Shown here: positions 29,707 to 41,232 of the stretch, piece by piece
Layout of the letters: every line of letters begins with the position of its first letter
How positions within the stretch are numbered: position 1 is the stretch's first letter
Origin: an uncultured Chloroflexia bacterium
Lineage (GTDB): Bacteria; Chloroflexota; Limnocylindria; QHBO01
DNA: 64,000 bases
Assembly (NCBI GenBank): GCA_963827475.1
Contig: CAWHAZ010000003.1
Location: forward strand, 32,001-96,000
Direction of reading: 5' to 3'
Made by a program: the position numbers and the translations under genes
The notes under the pieces: generated by a model
What the model was told of the DNA's origin: nothing
Database searches by the model: none
The model's input: only the letters and a program-made list of their open reading frames with translations

Positions 29707-31366
29707 ATGAGGCCCCGTTGGCTGGCCGCGGGGGGCGTGGCGGTCGCGCTGCTCATCGTCGTGGCGGTGGGTGCCGTCGCCCTTCGCGGACCCGTGGCAA
29801 CGGGGGACGCCCTGCCGGCACCTCACTTCGTCGATGAGGCGGCGGCTGCCGGCGTCATCCACCGGTACGACGGGGAGGCCGACTTCTTCGTGGGCGGCGG
29901 CGTGGCGGTGTTCGACTGCGATACCGATGGCCGGCCGGACCTCTACTTCGCGGGAGGCGAGCTCCCGGCGGCCCTGTACCGCAACGAGAGCTCCCCTGGC
30001 GGGACCCTTGCCTTCGTCGCCATCCCGCATGCCGAAACCGACGTGCCACCGGGTCACCGGCGCCTACCCGATCGACGTGGACAGCGACGGCACCGTGGAT
30101 CTTGCCGTCCTGCGCCACGGGGAAAACGTCCTGCTCCGCGGTCTTGGCGACTGCCGGTTCGAGCGCGCGAACGAGGCCTGGGGCTTCGACGGCGGAGATG
30201 TATGGACGACCGCATTCAGCGCGACCTGGGAGGGATCAGCCCCCTGGCCGACGCTGGCGTTCGGCAACTACGTCAGTGACGTGTTGCCCGACCCGGATCG
30301 CTTCTGCCACGACAACGAGCTCATCCGACCGGCCGCGACCGGGACCGGCTTCGGGCCGCCCGTCGCGCTCAGTCCCGGCTGGTGCGCGCTGTCCATGCTG
30401 TTCAGCGACTGGGATCGGTCAGGTCGACGCGACCTGCGGGTGTCGAACGACCGCCACTACTACGGCGACGCCAGCGACGGCGAGGAGCAGCTCTGGCGCG
30501 TCGATCCAGGCGAGCCGCCGCGTCTCTACACCCGCGAGGACGGCTGGCAGACGGTGCGGGTCTGGGGCATGGGCATCGCCAGCGCTGACCTGACCACGGA
30601 CGGCTACCCCGAGTACTACCTCACCAGCCAGGGAGACAACAAGCTCCAGGTCCTCGCCGACGGGCCGGCCGAGCCGATGTACGAGGACATGGCCCTCGAG
30701 TCCAACGCGACCGCGCATCGGCCGTATGCCGGTGACGTCGAGCACCTATCGACGGCGTGGCACGCGGAGTTCGACGACGTGAACAACGACGGCTGGCTGG
30801 ACCTGTTCGTCAGCAAGGGAAACGTCGAGGCCATGCCCGACTACGCGGCAGACGACCCGAGCAACCTGCTCCTCGGACAGCCGGACGGCACGTTCGTCGA
30901 GGGAGCGGAGGCTGCCGGCATCGTGAGCTATGCCCGCGCGCGGGGGGCGGCCGTCGCGGACCTCAACCTCGATGGGCTCCTCGACCTGGTCGTCGTCAAC
31001 CGTCGCGAGAACGTCCTGCTCTGGCGCAACCTGGGGAGTGGCAGCGGGACGACGGCCGAGCCGATGGGCCACTGGCTGGGCATTCGAGTCGAGCAGGACG
31101 GCGCCAACCCCGACGCCGTCGGGTCGTGGATCGAGCTCCGGTTCGGCGACCGCATCGCCAGCCGAGAGGTGACCGTCGGCGGCGGGCACGTCAGCGGACA
31201 GCTGGGTTGGGCCCATGTCGGACTTGGCGGCCACGAGCAGGCCGAGGTGCGGGTCATCTGGCCCGATGGAGAGATCGGTCCGTGGTTATCGGTCGACGCG
31301 GACCAGTTCGTCGTGATCGAGCGCGGCGCGGACGCCGCCCGCCCGTGGCAGCCAGGCGAGGACTGA
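29707..31366 (+). CDS. CRTAC1/ASPIC-UnbV family secreted protein with FG-GAP repeats; frameshift near 30047
   Basis: Signal/TM N-terminus, repeated DxDxDGxxDL motifs, GMGIA, C-terminal VGGGHVSGQLGWAHVGLG...VIWPDG. Confidence 0.85.
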
Positions 31367-31394
31367 ACGGGGAGCCAGCGACCGCCGAGCTCGG

Positions 31395-32345
31395 CTAGAG
31401 CCAGCCCCTCCAGTGGGCAATCAGCAGGATGACGGCGGACACGGCGGCGATCCCCATGACCGCGACCAGGAACAGCCCGTTCCCCTCGAAGATGGGTGAC
31501 GAGAAGTTCATGCCGAAGATGCCGGCGATCACGCTGGCGGGCAGGAGGGTAACCGAGACGACGGTGAGCACCCGGACGACGTCGTTCGTCCGCTGCGCGG
31601 TGCGGGTCATGACCAGGTCGAACGAGCCCAGGAGGAGCTGGCGGGCGTTCTCCACCGCGTCGATCGCCCGCTCCAGGCGGTCCAGGAGGCCCGGCCATGG
31701 GTCGGGACCGCCCGGCGTGATCCCCAGCTCGGGCCGGGCGAGGGCCGCGACGACACCGCGGTGTGGCACGAGGGCGCGTCGCAACCGGGCGACGCGCCGT
31801 CGAAGAATCGTGAGCTCCCGCACGAAGGATTGGCCGGGGGTCGCCCGCAGGGCGCGGTCGTCGAGGTGGTCGATATCGCGCTCGATCGCCTCGGTGGCGG
31901 CGAAGTAGGCACCCAGCAAGCCGTCGATGAGGAGGGCAACGAACGTGGCCGCGTCGAGCGCGCCGAGCTCCGACCGACCCTCCACCAGGTCGACGAAGTC
32001 GGCGAGCCCCGCCACCTCCTCGTCGCGGATGGTCAGCACCGTGTTGCCGCGGGCGAGGAGATCCACGCGCGCCGGCTTGTCCTCCGGCCCGTCGTCGCCC
32101 TGCGACAGGCCGAACACGACGAGGTGGACGACATCGTCCAGCCGCATGAGGTCCGGCCGATCCGCGTCACCGGTCACGCGCTCGGAGGCGTTGCCGAATT
32201 CGAGCGCCGTGAGGGCTTCGGAAATGGATTCGTCGCGCGCCACGTCGACCCACAGCAGCTCGCGGCGTCCCGGTGAGCGGGGGAGGTCGTGGAGGTCCTC
32301 GATCTGTTCCTCATGCTGGCCGGCACGGAACAGGCGGGCGATCAC
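31395..32345 (-). CDS. CorA family divalent cation transporter
   Basis: C-terminal TM pair with the GIFGMNF signature. Confidence 0.9.
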   Translation of the reverse strand: MIARLFRAGQHEEQIEDLHDLPRSPGRRELLWVDVARDESISEALTALEFGNASERVTGDADRPDLMRLDDVVHLVVFGLSQGDDGPEDKPARVDLLARGNTVLTIRDEEVAGLADFVDLVEGRSELGALDAATFVALLIDGLLGAYFAATEAIERDIDHLDDRALRATPGQSFVRELTILRRRVARLRRALVPHRGVVAALARPELGITPGGPDPWPGLLDRLERAIDAVENARQLLLGSFDLVMTRTAQRTNDVVRVLTVVSVTLLPASVIAGIFGMNFSSPIFEGNGLFLVAVMGIAAVSAVILLIAHWRGWL

Positions 32346-32361
32346 CGGTGCAGGGTACCTG

Positions 32362-33618
32362 TCAGGCGGGTTCGGCGGCCTGGATCGGGTCTGACGGCGC
32401 TCGCTCCCGGCGTGCTAGGAACGAGAACGGGATGACCGCCGCGCTGATGATCCCGGCGAACACGTACGAGGTCGCATAGCCGAACACGTCCGCGGATCGC
32501 CCGAGCAGCGGCTGCGCCACGACGCCACCAGCCGATCCCATGAGGGAGTCGAACGAGAGCACCGTCGCCCGCTGGTTGGACGGGATGACGCCGTTGATGA
32601 ACGCCTGCTGCAGCGGTGAAACGAGCGCCAGGCGAGATGCACCAGGCTGCGAGCAGGGCGAGGGCGGCAACGAACTGGACGTCAAAGACCGATGACGTAC
32701 CAGCAGGAGAGACGAGGCAATGGCGCCTCAGGATCAGGGCGTCCGTTCGACGGCGGAAGAAGCGGCGGAACCACGGGACGAGGGTCCCGCCCAGGATCTG
32801 GGCGCCGGCGACCATCGCCGCCGCCAGGCCGGCGACGCCGTAGGCGGTCGGGATCGCCGAACAGCTCGAGGAGATAGGGCTGCATCGCGTAGAAGGCGTA
32901 GATGCCTACGCCGGCGCTGAACGGCGCCGCGAGCATCAGCCAGCGGACGGGCGGGTTGCGGAGGCCGCCGTCGATGGCCCCGCTCACGACGTTCCGGACG
33001 GCCCCGATCGGGCTCGCGCCGCGCTGCGGCGTGAAGCCGATATCGCGCATGAACCACCAGGCGACAACGAAGGTCACGCCGAGCATCACGGCGCGAATGA
33101 TGTACGGCACGCCGAGGTTCGTGAGCTGGGCCACGAAACCACCCAGGACGGATCCACTGAGCATCGCCGCCCCCGCCAACGATCTGGGCCCGGGCGAAGA
33201 CCGACTCGAGGTTGCCGGTGAAATCGGAGGCGTGGAGGGCGTCGACCAGCCAGGCCTCCGTGGCGCCCGAGAAGAACGTGAACCCGAGCCCCAACAGGGC
33301 GGATGCGATCGCCCAACCCCAGAACGGCGCGTCGATATTCCACATCAGCAGATAGAGGAGGGTGGACACGAGGAGGGTGCCTGCCCCGAGGAGGAAGGAG
33401 AACCGACGGCCACGGGTATCGGCCACGACCCCGGTGGGCACCTCGAAGATGACCTGGCCGAGGGTGAAGAAGGCGTTCGCCGTAAAGGCCTCCGTGTTGC
33501 TCAGGCCCGCGTCGAGCAAGAAGAGGGTATTGATCCCCCAGATGAACGACGCGGCGAGCGTCGTCAGCAGGGTCAGGACCAGGAAGGTGCGCTGGACGAC
33601 GCGGGCCTGATCGGTCAC
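32362..33618 (-). CDS. MFS transporter, split by several frameshifts
   Basis: FEVPTGVVADTRGRR, FFSGATEAW, RATVLSFDSL segments in different frames. Confidence 0.8.
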
Positions 33619-33658
33619 CGCGTCACGGTACCCGACCGCTCCGTGACCCGCCCGAGGC

Positions 33659-34648
33659 TCAGAAGGTGATCACGACCTTGCCCCGGGCCCGTCCCTCGTC
33701 GACGTACCGGAGCGCCTCGACCACCTCGCTCAACGGATACACCCGGTCGATGACCGGCTTCACCTTTCCGCTTGCCACCAGCTCGAGCAGCGTCGCGACG
33801 TCGTCCGCGTCGAACGGCTTCCACCACAGTAGGAGGCCGCTCCACCGGTCGCTGAACCGCGAGATCATCGGTCCGATCACCAGCGCGCTGAAGATCGGCA
33901 GGGTGTCCCCGCCCAGGGTGACGTAGACCCCACCCGGGGCGAGTGCCCGGCGGATGGCGAAGATCGAATGGTGCGAGTCGGTGTCCACGATCCAGTCGTA
34001 CCGCTCCCCGTTCCGGGTGTAGTTCACTTGCGTGTAGTCGAGCACGTGGTCCGCGCCGAGCGACCGGACGAGGTCCACCTTTGAGGTCTGACACACCCCG
34101 GTCACCTCCGCCCCCCACGCCCTGGCGATCTGGACCGCAAACGGACCGACATTGCCCGATGCGCCCCCGATGAGCACCCGGTCACCCGGGCCCACCGTTC
34201 TCCCGTTTCGCCGTCTCAGTCCCTGGAGCGCGAGGATCGCGGAGTGCGGCAGCGTAGCCGCCTCTTCGAACGTCATGCCTGCCGGTTTCCGGGCAAACAC
34301 CCGCTCGGAAGCACACGCGTACTCGGCGAACGCCGTCTGGCTGGCGAACAGGTCCCCGAACACCTCATCCCCAGGCCGGAATCGGGCGGCGGTCGACCCG
34401 ACGGCCTCCACGACCCCGGCGGCGTCGATGCCGACGCGCCGAATCTTTGGCGCCCGCAGACCGATGAACAGGCGAACGAATCCCGGCCGTGGACGTATCC
34501 CATCGAGATCGGCGCGGTTGACCGATGCGGCACGTACGCGAACGAGAATCTCGTCGTCTACTGGCACCGGGCGTTCGATCTCCCGCAGCTCGACGACGTC
34601 CGGCGAGCCATATCGGTCCTTGAACGCCGCCTTCATCAAGGGGGCCAT
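33659..34648 (-). CDS. MDR-family NAD(P)-dependent oxidoreductase (quinone reductase-like)
   Basis: VRAASVNRAD, GASGNVG, LGADHVLDY, GKVKPVIDR, ARGKVVI. Confidence 0.88.
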   Translation of the reverse strand: MAPLMKAAFKDRYGSPDVVELREIERPVPVDDEILVRVRAASVNRADLDGIRPRPGFVRLFIGLRAPKIRRVGIDAAGVVEAVGSTAARFRPGDEVFGDLFASQTAFAEYACASERVFARKPAGMTFEEAATLPHSAILALQGLRRRNGRTVGPGDRVLIGGASGNVGPFAVQIARAWGAEVTGVCQTSKVDLVRSLGADHVLDYTQVNYTRNGERYDWIVDTDSHHSIFAIRRALAPGGVYVTLGGDTLPIFSALVIGPMISRFSDRWSGLLLWWKPFDADDVATLLELVASGKVKPVIDRVYPLSEVVEALRYVDEGRARGKVVITF

Positions 34649-34765
34649 GGTCGTTCAGACCCTACTCCGGGTGCCGCACGGGCTGCCGGGGCACGAGTCT
34701 GAGGACCTCGCGCGCCACCTGCGGCGGATCGAGCAGGCGCCGTCCTGATGGCGTAGCGTTGGGCC

Positions 34766-35236
34766 GTGAGCCGGGACGTCGAGGATCAGAACCGGAGCCT
34801 CCTGCGCGCCCGCGACGCCATGGACCGCGCGTACGCCGAGCCACTCGACATCCGCGCGGTGGCCGCGGTGGCCCATGTCTCCCCCGCGCACTTCATCCGC
34901 AGCTTCCGCGCCGTCTTCGGGGAGACGCCACATCGGTACCTCCAGCGGAGACGGGTCGAGCGCTCGATGTTCCTCCTGCGCGAGACCAATCGCAGCGTCA
35001 CCGACATCTGTCTCGACGTTGGCTTCAACAGCCTGGGGACGTTCAGCCGCACGTTTCGGGAGATCGTGGGTGAGACGCCCTCGGCCTACCGAGAGGGGCA
35101 CGGACCGATGATTGCGCCCAACTGCTTCCAGATGGCGGCCACCCGGCCGTGGGCCGCTCCCCGTCCAGCCCCGCGGGTCACGCCGCAATCGAGCAGTTTT
35201 GGAGAAGCGGCCGAGCCTGCCGCTGCCGTAGCGTGA
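34766..35236 (+). CDS. Short AraC family transcriptional regulator
   Basis: SPAHFIRSF, GETPHRYL, VGFNSLGTFSRTF double HTH. Confidence 0.9.
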   Translation: MSRDVEDQNRSLLRARDAMDRAYAEPLDIRAVAAVAHVSPAHFIRSFRAVFGETPHRYLQRRRVERSMFLLRETNRSVTDICLDVGFNSLGTFSRTFREIVGETPSAYREGHGPMIAPNCFQMAATRPWAAPRPAPRVTPQSSSFGEAAEPAAAVA

Positions 35237-35271
35237 CGGCATCCCCGTAGGAACCCTGCAAGGAGAACGAC

Positions 35272-35748
35272 ATGGCTGAGAAGCGGACGGCGACGAAGGC
35301 TGCGAAAAAGCCGACCAAGCGCACGGACGACGCCGTCACTCAATGGACCGACGAAGAAATCGCCGCGATGCAGGAGCACGCCAGGGAGCTGAAGAAGGCC
35401 AAGACCGGCAAACCAGACGGTGAGAGTGACCTGCTCGCGAAGATCGCCGAGATGCCGGACTCGGATCGGGCCATCGCCGAACGGATCCACGCGGTCATCA
35501 CCGCCGCTGCGCCCGACCTCGCGCCGAGGACCTATTACGGGATGCCCGCCTATGCCAAGGACGGCAAGGTCCTCTGCTTCTTCCAGCCCGCGGCGAAGTT
35601 CAAGGCGCGGTACGCGACTCTGGGCTTCGAAGGCGGCGCGAACCTCGACGACGGCACGATGTGGCCGACGTCGTGGGCGCTGACGAAGCTGACGCCGGCC
35701 GTCGAGGCGAAGATCGCCGCCCTCGTGAAGCAGGCGGTGAGCAAATGA
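35272..35748 (+). CDS. DUF1801/YdhG-like protein
   Basis: [32 protein letters not shown]; AGGAG RBS. Confidence 0.8.
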   Translation: MAEKRTATKAAKKPTKRTDDAVTQWTDEEIAAMQEHARELKKAKTGKPDGESDLLAKIAEMPDSDRAIAERIHAVITAAAPDLAPRTYYGMPAYAKDGKVLCFFQPAAKFKARYATLGFEGGANLDDGTMWPTSWALTKLTPAVEAKIAALVKQAVSK

Positions 35749-36179
35749 CCACCAAGCTCGCCGTCACATCGGTCAAGGTCCTCGACCAGGAGGAGGCGCT
35801 CGACTTCTATGTCAACAAGCTCGGGCTGGAGAAGGCCCAGGACATCAGGCAGGGCCCGTTCCGCTGGCTGACCGTGCGGTTTCCCGACAACCCCGACGTC
35901 GAGATCTTCCTGGAGGAGCCCGGTCCGCCGGTCCACGACGAGGCCACCGCGGCACAGCTGCGTGAGCTCATCACCAAGGGGGCCATGGGCTCGCTGGTGT
36001 TCTACACCGACGACGCGCACGGCCTGTACGAAACGCTCAAGGAGCGCGGCGTGACCGACTTCACCCAGGAGCCGATCGAGCACGGCTACGGCATCGACCT
36101 GGGGATCCGGGACCCCTTCGGCAACGCCATCCGGATCCTCCAGCCGGCCAAGGCTGCCCGTGCGGCGGCAACGACCTGA
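35745..36179 (+). CDS. VOC/glyoxalase/bleomycin-resistance family protein
   Basis: [25 protein letters not shown]; ATGA coupling to the upstream gene. Confidence 0.88.
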   Translation: MTTKLAVTSVKVLDQEEALDFYVNKLGLEKAQDIRQGPFRWLTVRFPDNPDVEIFLEEPGPPVHDEATAAQLRELITKGAMGSLVFYTDDAHGLYETLKERGVTDFTQEPIEHGYGIDLGIRDPFGNAIRILQPAKAARAAATT

Positions 36180-36193
36180 CCGATCCGCCGAGC

Positions 36194-38551
36194 TTGAACG
36201 AGCAGCCGCCCGCCTGGGGCGCCATCCAGATCCGCGGCGCGCGGGAGAACAACCTCCGCGACGTCAGCCTCGACATCCCGAAGCGGCAGCTGACGGTCTT
36301 CACCGGCGTGTCGGGCTCCGGCAAGAGCTCGCTGGTCTTCGAGACGATCGCCGCGGAGTCGCGCCGGCTGATCAACGAGACCTACACCGCGTTCGTCCAG
36401 GGCTTCATGGCCACCCCGGCGCGGCCGGACGTCGACTCGCTGGAGGGGCTGACGGCGGCGATCAGCGTGGACCAGGAGCGGATGGGCGCCAACCCGCGGT
36501 CGACGGTCGGCACCGTCACCGATGCCCACGCGATGCTCAGGATCATCTTCAGTCGCCTTGGAAAGCCGAAGATCGGGCCGGCAAGCGCGTTCAGCTTCAA
36601 CCTGCCGGCTGGATCGGTCGCCGGCACCGTCACCCTCGAGCGCAGCAGCGATGCGCAACCGGAATACCAGGAGCACGCGATCTACGGCGGCATGTGCGCC
36701 GAGTGCGAGGGACTGGGCCGAGTCTCGAGCGTCGACGTCGATGCGCTGGTGGATCGCGATAAGAGCCTCAACGAGGGCGCGATCACGTTTCCGGGGTTCA
36801 AGGTCGGAGGCTGGATGGTGCGGGCCTACGCCGAGTCCGGTCTCTTCCCCGCCGACAAGCCACTCCGCGACTTCACCGACGCCCAGTGGCAGCGCCTCCT
36901 CTATGGACCGGACACGAAAGTCAAGGTCCAGGGCATCAACCTCACTTACCAGGGCCTCGTCGACCGGATCCGGAGGGCGTACCTGGTCAAGGACGTGGAT
37001 TCGCTCCAGCCGAACATCCGGGCGGCCGTGGAGCGGATCGCGACGCACGGTCCGTGCCCGGAATGTGGCGGCACGCGGCTCAACGAGCTGGCGCGCTCCT
37101 CGAAGATCGGCGGCACATCCATCGCCGACGCCGCGGCGATGCAGATCAGCGACCTGGTCGAGTGGGTGCGCGGCATCGACGCGCCGGGCGCGAAGCCGGC
37201 GCTCGAGCAGCTCTCGACCGTCTTGGGCCACTTCGTCACGATCGGGCTCGGCTACCTGAGCCTGGAACGCGAGTCGTCGACGCTCTCCGGCGGCGAGTCG
37301 CAACGGACGCGGATGGTCCGGCACCTCGGCTCGGCGCTGACCGACGTGACGTACGTGTTCGACGAGCCGACGATCGGCCTGCATGCCCACGACGTCCAGC
37401 AGATGAACGGGTTGCTGCGGGAGCTGCGGGACAAGGGCAACACCGTCCTGGTGGTGGAGCACGAGCCGGATGTCATGGCCATCGCCGACCACATCGTCGA
37501 CATGGGGCCGGGCCCCGGTGTTCACGGCGGAGAGATCGTCTACGAGGGCTCGTTCGAGGGCCTGCGGGGATCGGAAACCGTCACCGGCGAGCACCTCGAG
37601 GTGCGCCAGGCGGTCAAGACATCGGTCCGGACGCCCATCGGTCACATCCCGATCCGCCACGCGAGCCTCCACAACCTGCAGGACGTCTCGGTCGACGTGC
37701 CTACCGGCGTGCTGGTCGCCGTCACCGGCGTTGCCGGCTCCGGCAAGAGCTCGCTCATCCACGGCTGCATGCCCCGGACCAATCCATCGGTCACCGTGAT
37801 CGACCAGTCGGCGATTCGTGGCTCGCGACGGTCCAATCCGGCGACCTACACCGGCATCCTGGAGCCGATCCGGAAAGCCTTCGCGACGGCCAACAAGGTC
37901 AAGCCGGCCCTGTTCAGCGCGAACTCGGAGGGCGCCTGCCCCGAATGCAAGGGCCTCGGCATGATCTACACGGACCTGGCGTTCATGGCGGGCGTGGTGT
38001 CTGTCTGCGAGGCCTGCGAGGGACGCCGGTTCAACGACGACGTGCTGGGCTACCGCCTCCGCGGGAAGAACATCGCCGATGTCCTCGACATGTCGGTCGA
38101 GGATGCGGCGGCCTTCTTCACCGAAAAGCCGGTCCGGGTCATGCTCGACCGCCTCCTCGACGTCGGGCTCGGGTACATCACCCTCGGGCAGATGCTGAAC
38201 ACGCTGTCCGGCGGCGAACGCCAGCGCCTGAAGCTCGCGATCGAGATCTCCGGCGACAGCGAGGTCTACGTCCTCGACGAGCCGACGACCGGGCTCCACA
38301 TGCAGGACGTCGACAACCTCATCGGCCTCCTCGACCGATTGGTGGAGTCAGGGCGGACGGTGATCGTCATCGAGCACAACCTCGACGTCGTGGTGCGAGC
38401 CGACTGGGTCATCGACCTGGGCCCCGGAGCGGGGCGCGACGGCGGGCGCGTGATCTTTGAGGGGCGGCCGTCGGAGCTCATCCGCGCCGAGGGGTCGCTG
38501 ACCGGCGAGCACCTCCGGCGTCGCGTCGAGGAGCCGGTCGCGGCGGCTTGA
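36194..38551 (+). CDS. Class II UvrA-like protein (UvrA2/DrrC-like)
   Basis: Two ABC cassettes (GVSGSGKSS, LSGGE, DEPT; GVAGSGKSS, LSGGERQR), CxxC pairs; short (785 aa) and lacks the UvrB-binding domain. Confidence 0.9.
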   Translation: MNEQPPAWGAIQIRGARENNLRDVSLDIPKRQLTVFTGVSGSGKSSLVFETIAAESRRLINETYTAFVQGFMATPARPDVDSLEGLTAAISVDQERMGANPRSTVGTVTDAHAMLRIIFSRLGKPKIGPASAFSFNLPAGSVAGTVTLERSSDAQPEYQEHAIYGGMCAECEGLGRVSSVDVDALVDRDKSLNEGAITFPGFKVGGWMVRAYAESGLFPADKPLRDFTDAQWQRLLYGPDTKVKVQGINLTYQGLVDRIRRAYLVKDVDSLQPNIRAAVERIATHGPCPECGGTRLNELARSSKIGGTSIADAAAMQISDLVEWVRGIDAPGAKPALEQLSTVLGHFVTIGLGYLSLERESSTLSGGESQRTRMVRHLGSALTDVTYVFDEPTIGLHAHDVQQMNGLLRELRDKGNTVLVVEHEPDVMAIADHIVDMGPGPGVHGGEIVYEGSFEGLRGSETVTGEHLEVRQAVKTSVRTPIGHIPIRHASLHNLQDVSVDVPTGVLVAVTGVAGSGKSSLIHGCMPRTNPSVTVIDQSAIRGSRRSNPATYTGILEPIRKAFATANKVKPALFSANSEGACPECKGLGMIYTDLAFMAGVVSVCEACEGRRFNDDVLGYRLRGKNIADVLDMSVEDAAAFFTEKPVRVMLDRLLDVGLGYITLGQMLNTLSGGERQRLKLAIEISGDSEVYVLDEPTTGLHMQDVDNLIGLLDRLVESGRTVIVIEHNLDVVVRADWVIDLGPGAGRDGGRVIFEGRPSELIRAEGSLTGEHLRRRVEEPVAAA

Positions 38552-38577
38552 GCCGAGGGTCGCGCGTCAGGGCGAGG

Positions 38578-38652
38578 TGGCTCCGGCGGTAGGATTCGAA
38601 CCTACGACCAAGCGGTTAACAGCCGCCCGCTCTACCACTGAGCTACGCCGGA
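38578..38652 (-). tRNA. tRNA-Asn (GTT)
   Basis: TCCGGCGTAGCTCAGTGGTAGAGC...GCGG-CT-GTT-AA-CCGC...GGTTCGAATCC...GCCGGAGCCA; perfect -10 TATAAT at 38668-38663. Confidence 0.96.
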
Positions 38653-38707
38653 ACGCCGGCGGATTATAGGCCGATGGGCGGCGAGATCCGGAAATCCAGC
38701 CGGTCGA

Positions 38708-38893
38708 TCAGGCCGACTCGGCGTACTCGGCCGGATGGTCGGAACGGTCCTTCGCCTTCGTCCGCTCCATGATGTCGAGGGTTTCGGCCACCGATCGGCC
38801 GTTTTCCTCGGCTGCCGCTTCGATGTCCTCGTAGCGGATGTTGTGCTCCCCCATCTCGAGGTGAGCCTGCATACAGCCACAGGTCAGGCACAT
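38708..38893 (-). CDS. Small hypothetical protein with N-terminal CxxCxC motif
   Basis: GGAGG RBS; MCLTCGCMQAH... Confidence 0.65.
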   Translation of the reverse strand: MCLTCGCMQAHLEMGEHNIRYEDIEAAAEENGRSVAETLDIMERTKAKDRSDHPAEYAESA

Positions 38894-38998
38894 CGGTGTC
38901 GCCTCCGAAGTTGCGAGTGCTGTTCGGAGCATGCGCCCCGGGCCGCAGTTGCGGCCTATCGGCCCCCAGGGAACTCCTTGCAGCCGCCTGGCAACGGA

Positions 38999-41230
38999 CT
39001 ACTCCAGGTAGTCCTTCAGCTTGCGACTTCGGCTCGGGTGCCGGAGCTTGCGCAGGGCCTTGGCTTCGATCTGGCGGATCCGCTCGCGGGTCACGTTGAA
39101 GTCGCGGCCTACCTCCTCGAGGGTCCGTGACCTTCCGTCCTCCAGGCCGAAGCGGAGCTGGAGGACGCGCCGTTCGCGCGGTGTGAGCGAGTCGAGCACA
39201 CCCTCCACCTGCTCCTTGAGCAGCTGGTGCGAGGCAGCATCCGCGGGCGCGACCGAAGCCAGGTCCGGGATGAAGTCGCCCAGGTGGGAGTCCTCCTCCT
39301 CGCCGATCGGCGTCTCGAGGCTGACCGGCTCCTGGGAGACCTTCATGATCTCGCGAACCTTCTCCGGGCTCACCGTCTGCGGCCCAGCCGCCTCGCGCTT
39401 GTCGACCTCGGCCTCGGTCGGCTCGCGCTCGAGCTTGTCGCGCAGCTCGCGGACGATCTCGTCGCGGCTCATCCGCCGCGCGATCTCCTCCACCGTCGGC
39501 TCGCGCCCGAGCTCCTGGAGCAGGGTGCGGCTGACCCGGATCAGGCGGTTGATGGTCTCCACCATGTGGACCGGGATCCGGATCGTCCGGGCCTGGTCGG
39601 CGATGGCGCGGGTGATCGCCTGCCGGATCCACCACGTCGCATAGGTCGAGAACTTGAAGCCCTTCTCGTACTCGAACTTCTCGACCGCCCGGATGAGGCC
39701 GATGTTCCCCTCCTGGATGAGGTCGAGGAAGCTCATCCCCCGCCCGATGTACTTCTTCGCGATGCTGACCACGAGCCGGAGGTTGGCCTCGGTCAGCCGG
39801 CGGCGGCCATCGGTGCTCTGCTCGACGAGGCGACCGGTGCGCCGCTCGAGCGGGACCTCCGGCGGGATGGCCGGGTCGTAGCCCATGGACTTCATGTACT
39901 CGGCGTCGTGGCCGGCCTCGATGTAGGCCCGGGTGATCCCTTGTGCGGTTTCACGCGCCCAGCGCTCGAGACCGTACAGCTCTTCCTTCCCGGGCTGTTC
40001 GAGGACCTTGAACCGATAGGTGTGACCGAACAGCACTGCGTCCTTCAGCGCCTGGCCCGGGTCGGTCGCCACCGACTTCAGGAGCGACTCGGCCTCGAGG
40101 ATCCGCTGACGGCCTTCGTCATCGAGTTCCGGGTCACGCCGCGCCTTCGTGAACCGGATGTTCGGCCGCTCGATGAGGTTCTTCTTCCTCTTCACCCACC
40201 AGTCGATCGCGTCGAGCGTGACGTGGGGCGAATCCTGGGGCAGGTCGAAGGCGCGCATGGCGGCCATCGCCCGCGCCTTCGGCTCCGAGTTCAGGGTGAC
40301 CCAGGTGTACAGGTTGGTCATCGCCCGCCCGGGGTCCTCGATCGCCAGCTCCCCGAGCTCGATGGCCTTGGCCAGGACGACCTCCTCCTCGGCGGTGAGC
40401 AGGGCGACCTTGCCGATCTCCTTGAGGTACATCCGGACCGGGTCGTCGATGCCGATCAGGTCGGCGGCGAGCGCCTCGAGGTCCTCCTCGGGTTCCTTCT
40501 CGGCCTTGCCTTCCGCCTCTTCCTCGCCGGGTAGCGAGACGGCGACGTCGTCGGCGGGCTCGCTGAACGTGGGCTGGTTCTCCGCGTCGAAGACCTCGAC
40601 CCCCTGCTCCTCGGCACCGGCGAACAGGTCCTCGACCGCCTCGAGGTTCGTCTCCGGGCTCGGAACGGCAGCCAGAATCTGGTCGTGGGTGATGAACCCG
40701 TCCTCGCGGCCGTGGGACAGGAGATCCTCGACAGCCGACGCCGCTTCCGGCGAAGCCTCGGACGAGATCGGCGTGGACGAGGCCTTTGTGGCCTTCCCCG
40801 ACTTGCGAGCGGCCGGCCCGGTTGGCACCGCGCCCTTGGCAGCGCCCTTCGAGGAGGTGACCTTCGTCGCCGTAGCCGTAGCCGTGGCCGTGGAGCCTGT
40901 GGCCTTGGTGGTCGTGGTCCTGGCCGGGGCCGCCGTCTTCGCCGGGGCAGCCTTTGCCGGGGCAGCAGCCTTCGCTGCAGCTGCCTTGGCGGTGGTCGGC
41001 TTCTCGGTCTTCGGTGCTGCCTTCAGTGTGGCCTTCGTCGCCGCCGACGCGGTACTCACCGCCTTGGCCGGTGGCTTGGCTGGCGCCTTGGCCGAGGCGG
41101 CCCTGGCCGCGGTCGCCTTCATCGGTGCGGCCTTCGTCGCCGCCGTCTTGGCTGACGCCGTCTTCTCAGGTGCCTTGGTTTCGGCCTTCGCGGACTTGGC
41201 CGGCTCACGGGTTGGGGTCTTCACCGCCAC
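38999..41230 (-). CDS. rpoD: Primary RNA polymerase sigma factor
   Basis: [48 protein letters not shown]...[12 protein letters not shown]; downstream of dnaG. Confidence 0.97.
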   Translation of the reverse strand: MAVKTPTREPAKSAKAETKAPEKTASAKTAATKAAPMKATAARAASAKAPAKPPAKAVSTASAATKATLKAAPKTEKPTTAKAAAAKAAAPAKAAPAKTAAPARTTTTKATGSTATATATATKVTSSKGAAKGAVPTGPAARKSGKATKASSTPISSEASPEAASAVEDLLSHGREDGFITHDQILAAVPSPETNLEAVEDLFAGAEEQGVEVFDAENQPTFSEPADDVAVSLPGEEEAEGKAEKEPEEDLEALAADLIGIDDPVRMYLKEIGKVALLTAEEEVVLAKAIELGELAIEDPGRAMTNLYTWVTLNSEPKARAMAAMRAFDLPQDSPHVTLDAIDWWVKRKKNLIERPNIRFTKARRDPELDDEGRQRILEAESLLKSVATDPGQALKDAVLFGHTYRFKVLEQPGKEELYGLERWARETAQGITRAYIEAGHDAEYMKSMGYDPAIPPEVPLERRTGRLVEQSTDGRRRLTEANLRLVVSIAKKYIGRGMSFLDLIQEGNIGLIRAVEKFEYEKGFKFSTYATWWIRQAITRAIADQARTIRIPVHMVETINRLIRVSRTLLQELGREPTVEEIARRMSRDEIVRELRDKLEREPTEAEVDKREAAGPQTVSPEKVREIMKVSQEPVSLETPIGEEEDSHLGDFIPDLASVAPADAASHQLLKEQVEGVLDSLTPRERRVLQLRFGLEDGRSRTLEEVGRDFNVTRERIRQIEAKALRKLRHPSRSRKLKDYLE

Positions 41231-41232
41231 GT

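Noticed and set aside
25446-38577. Integrative element or prophage between the two tRNAs
   Set aside because: No integrase, transposase, phage or conjugation genes, and no duplicated tRNA 3' end seen
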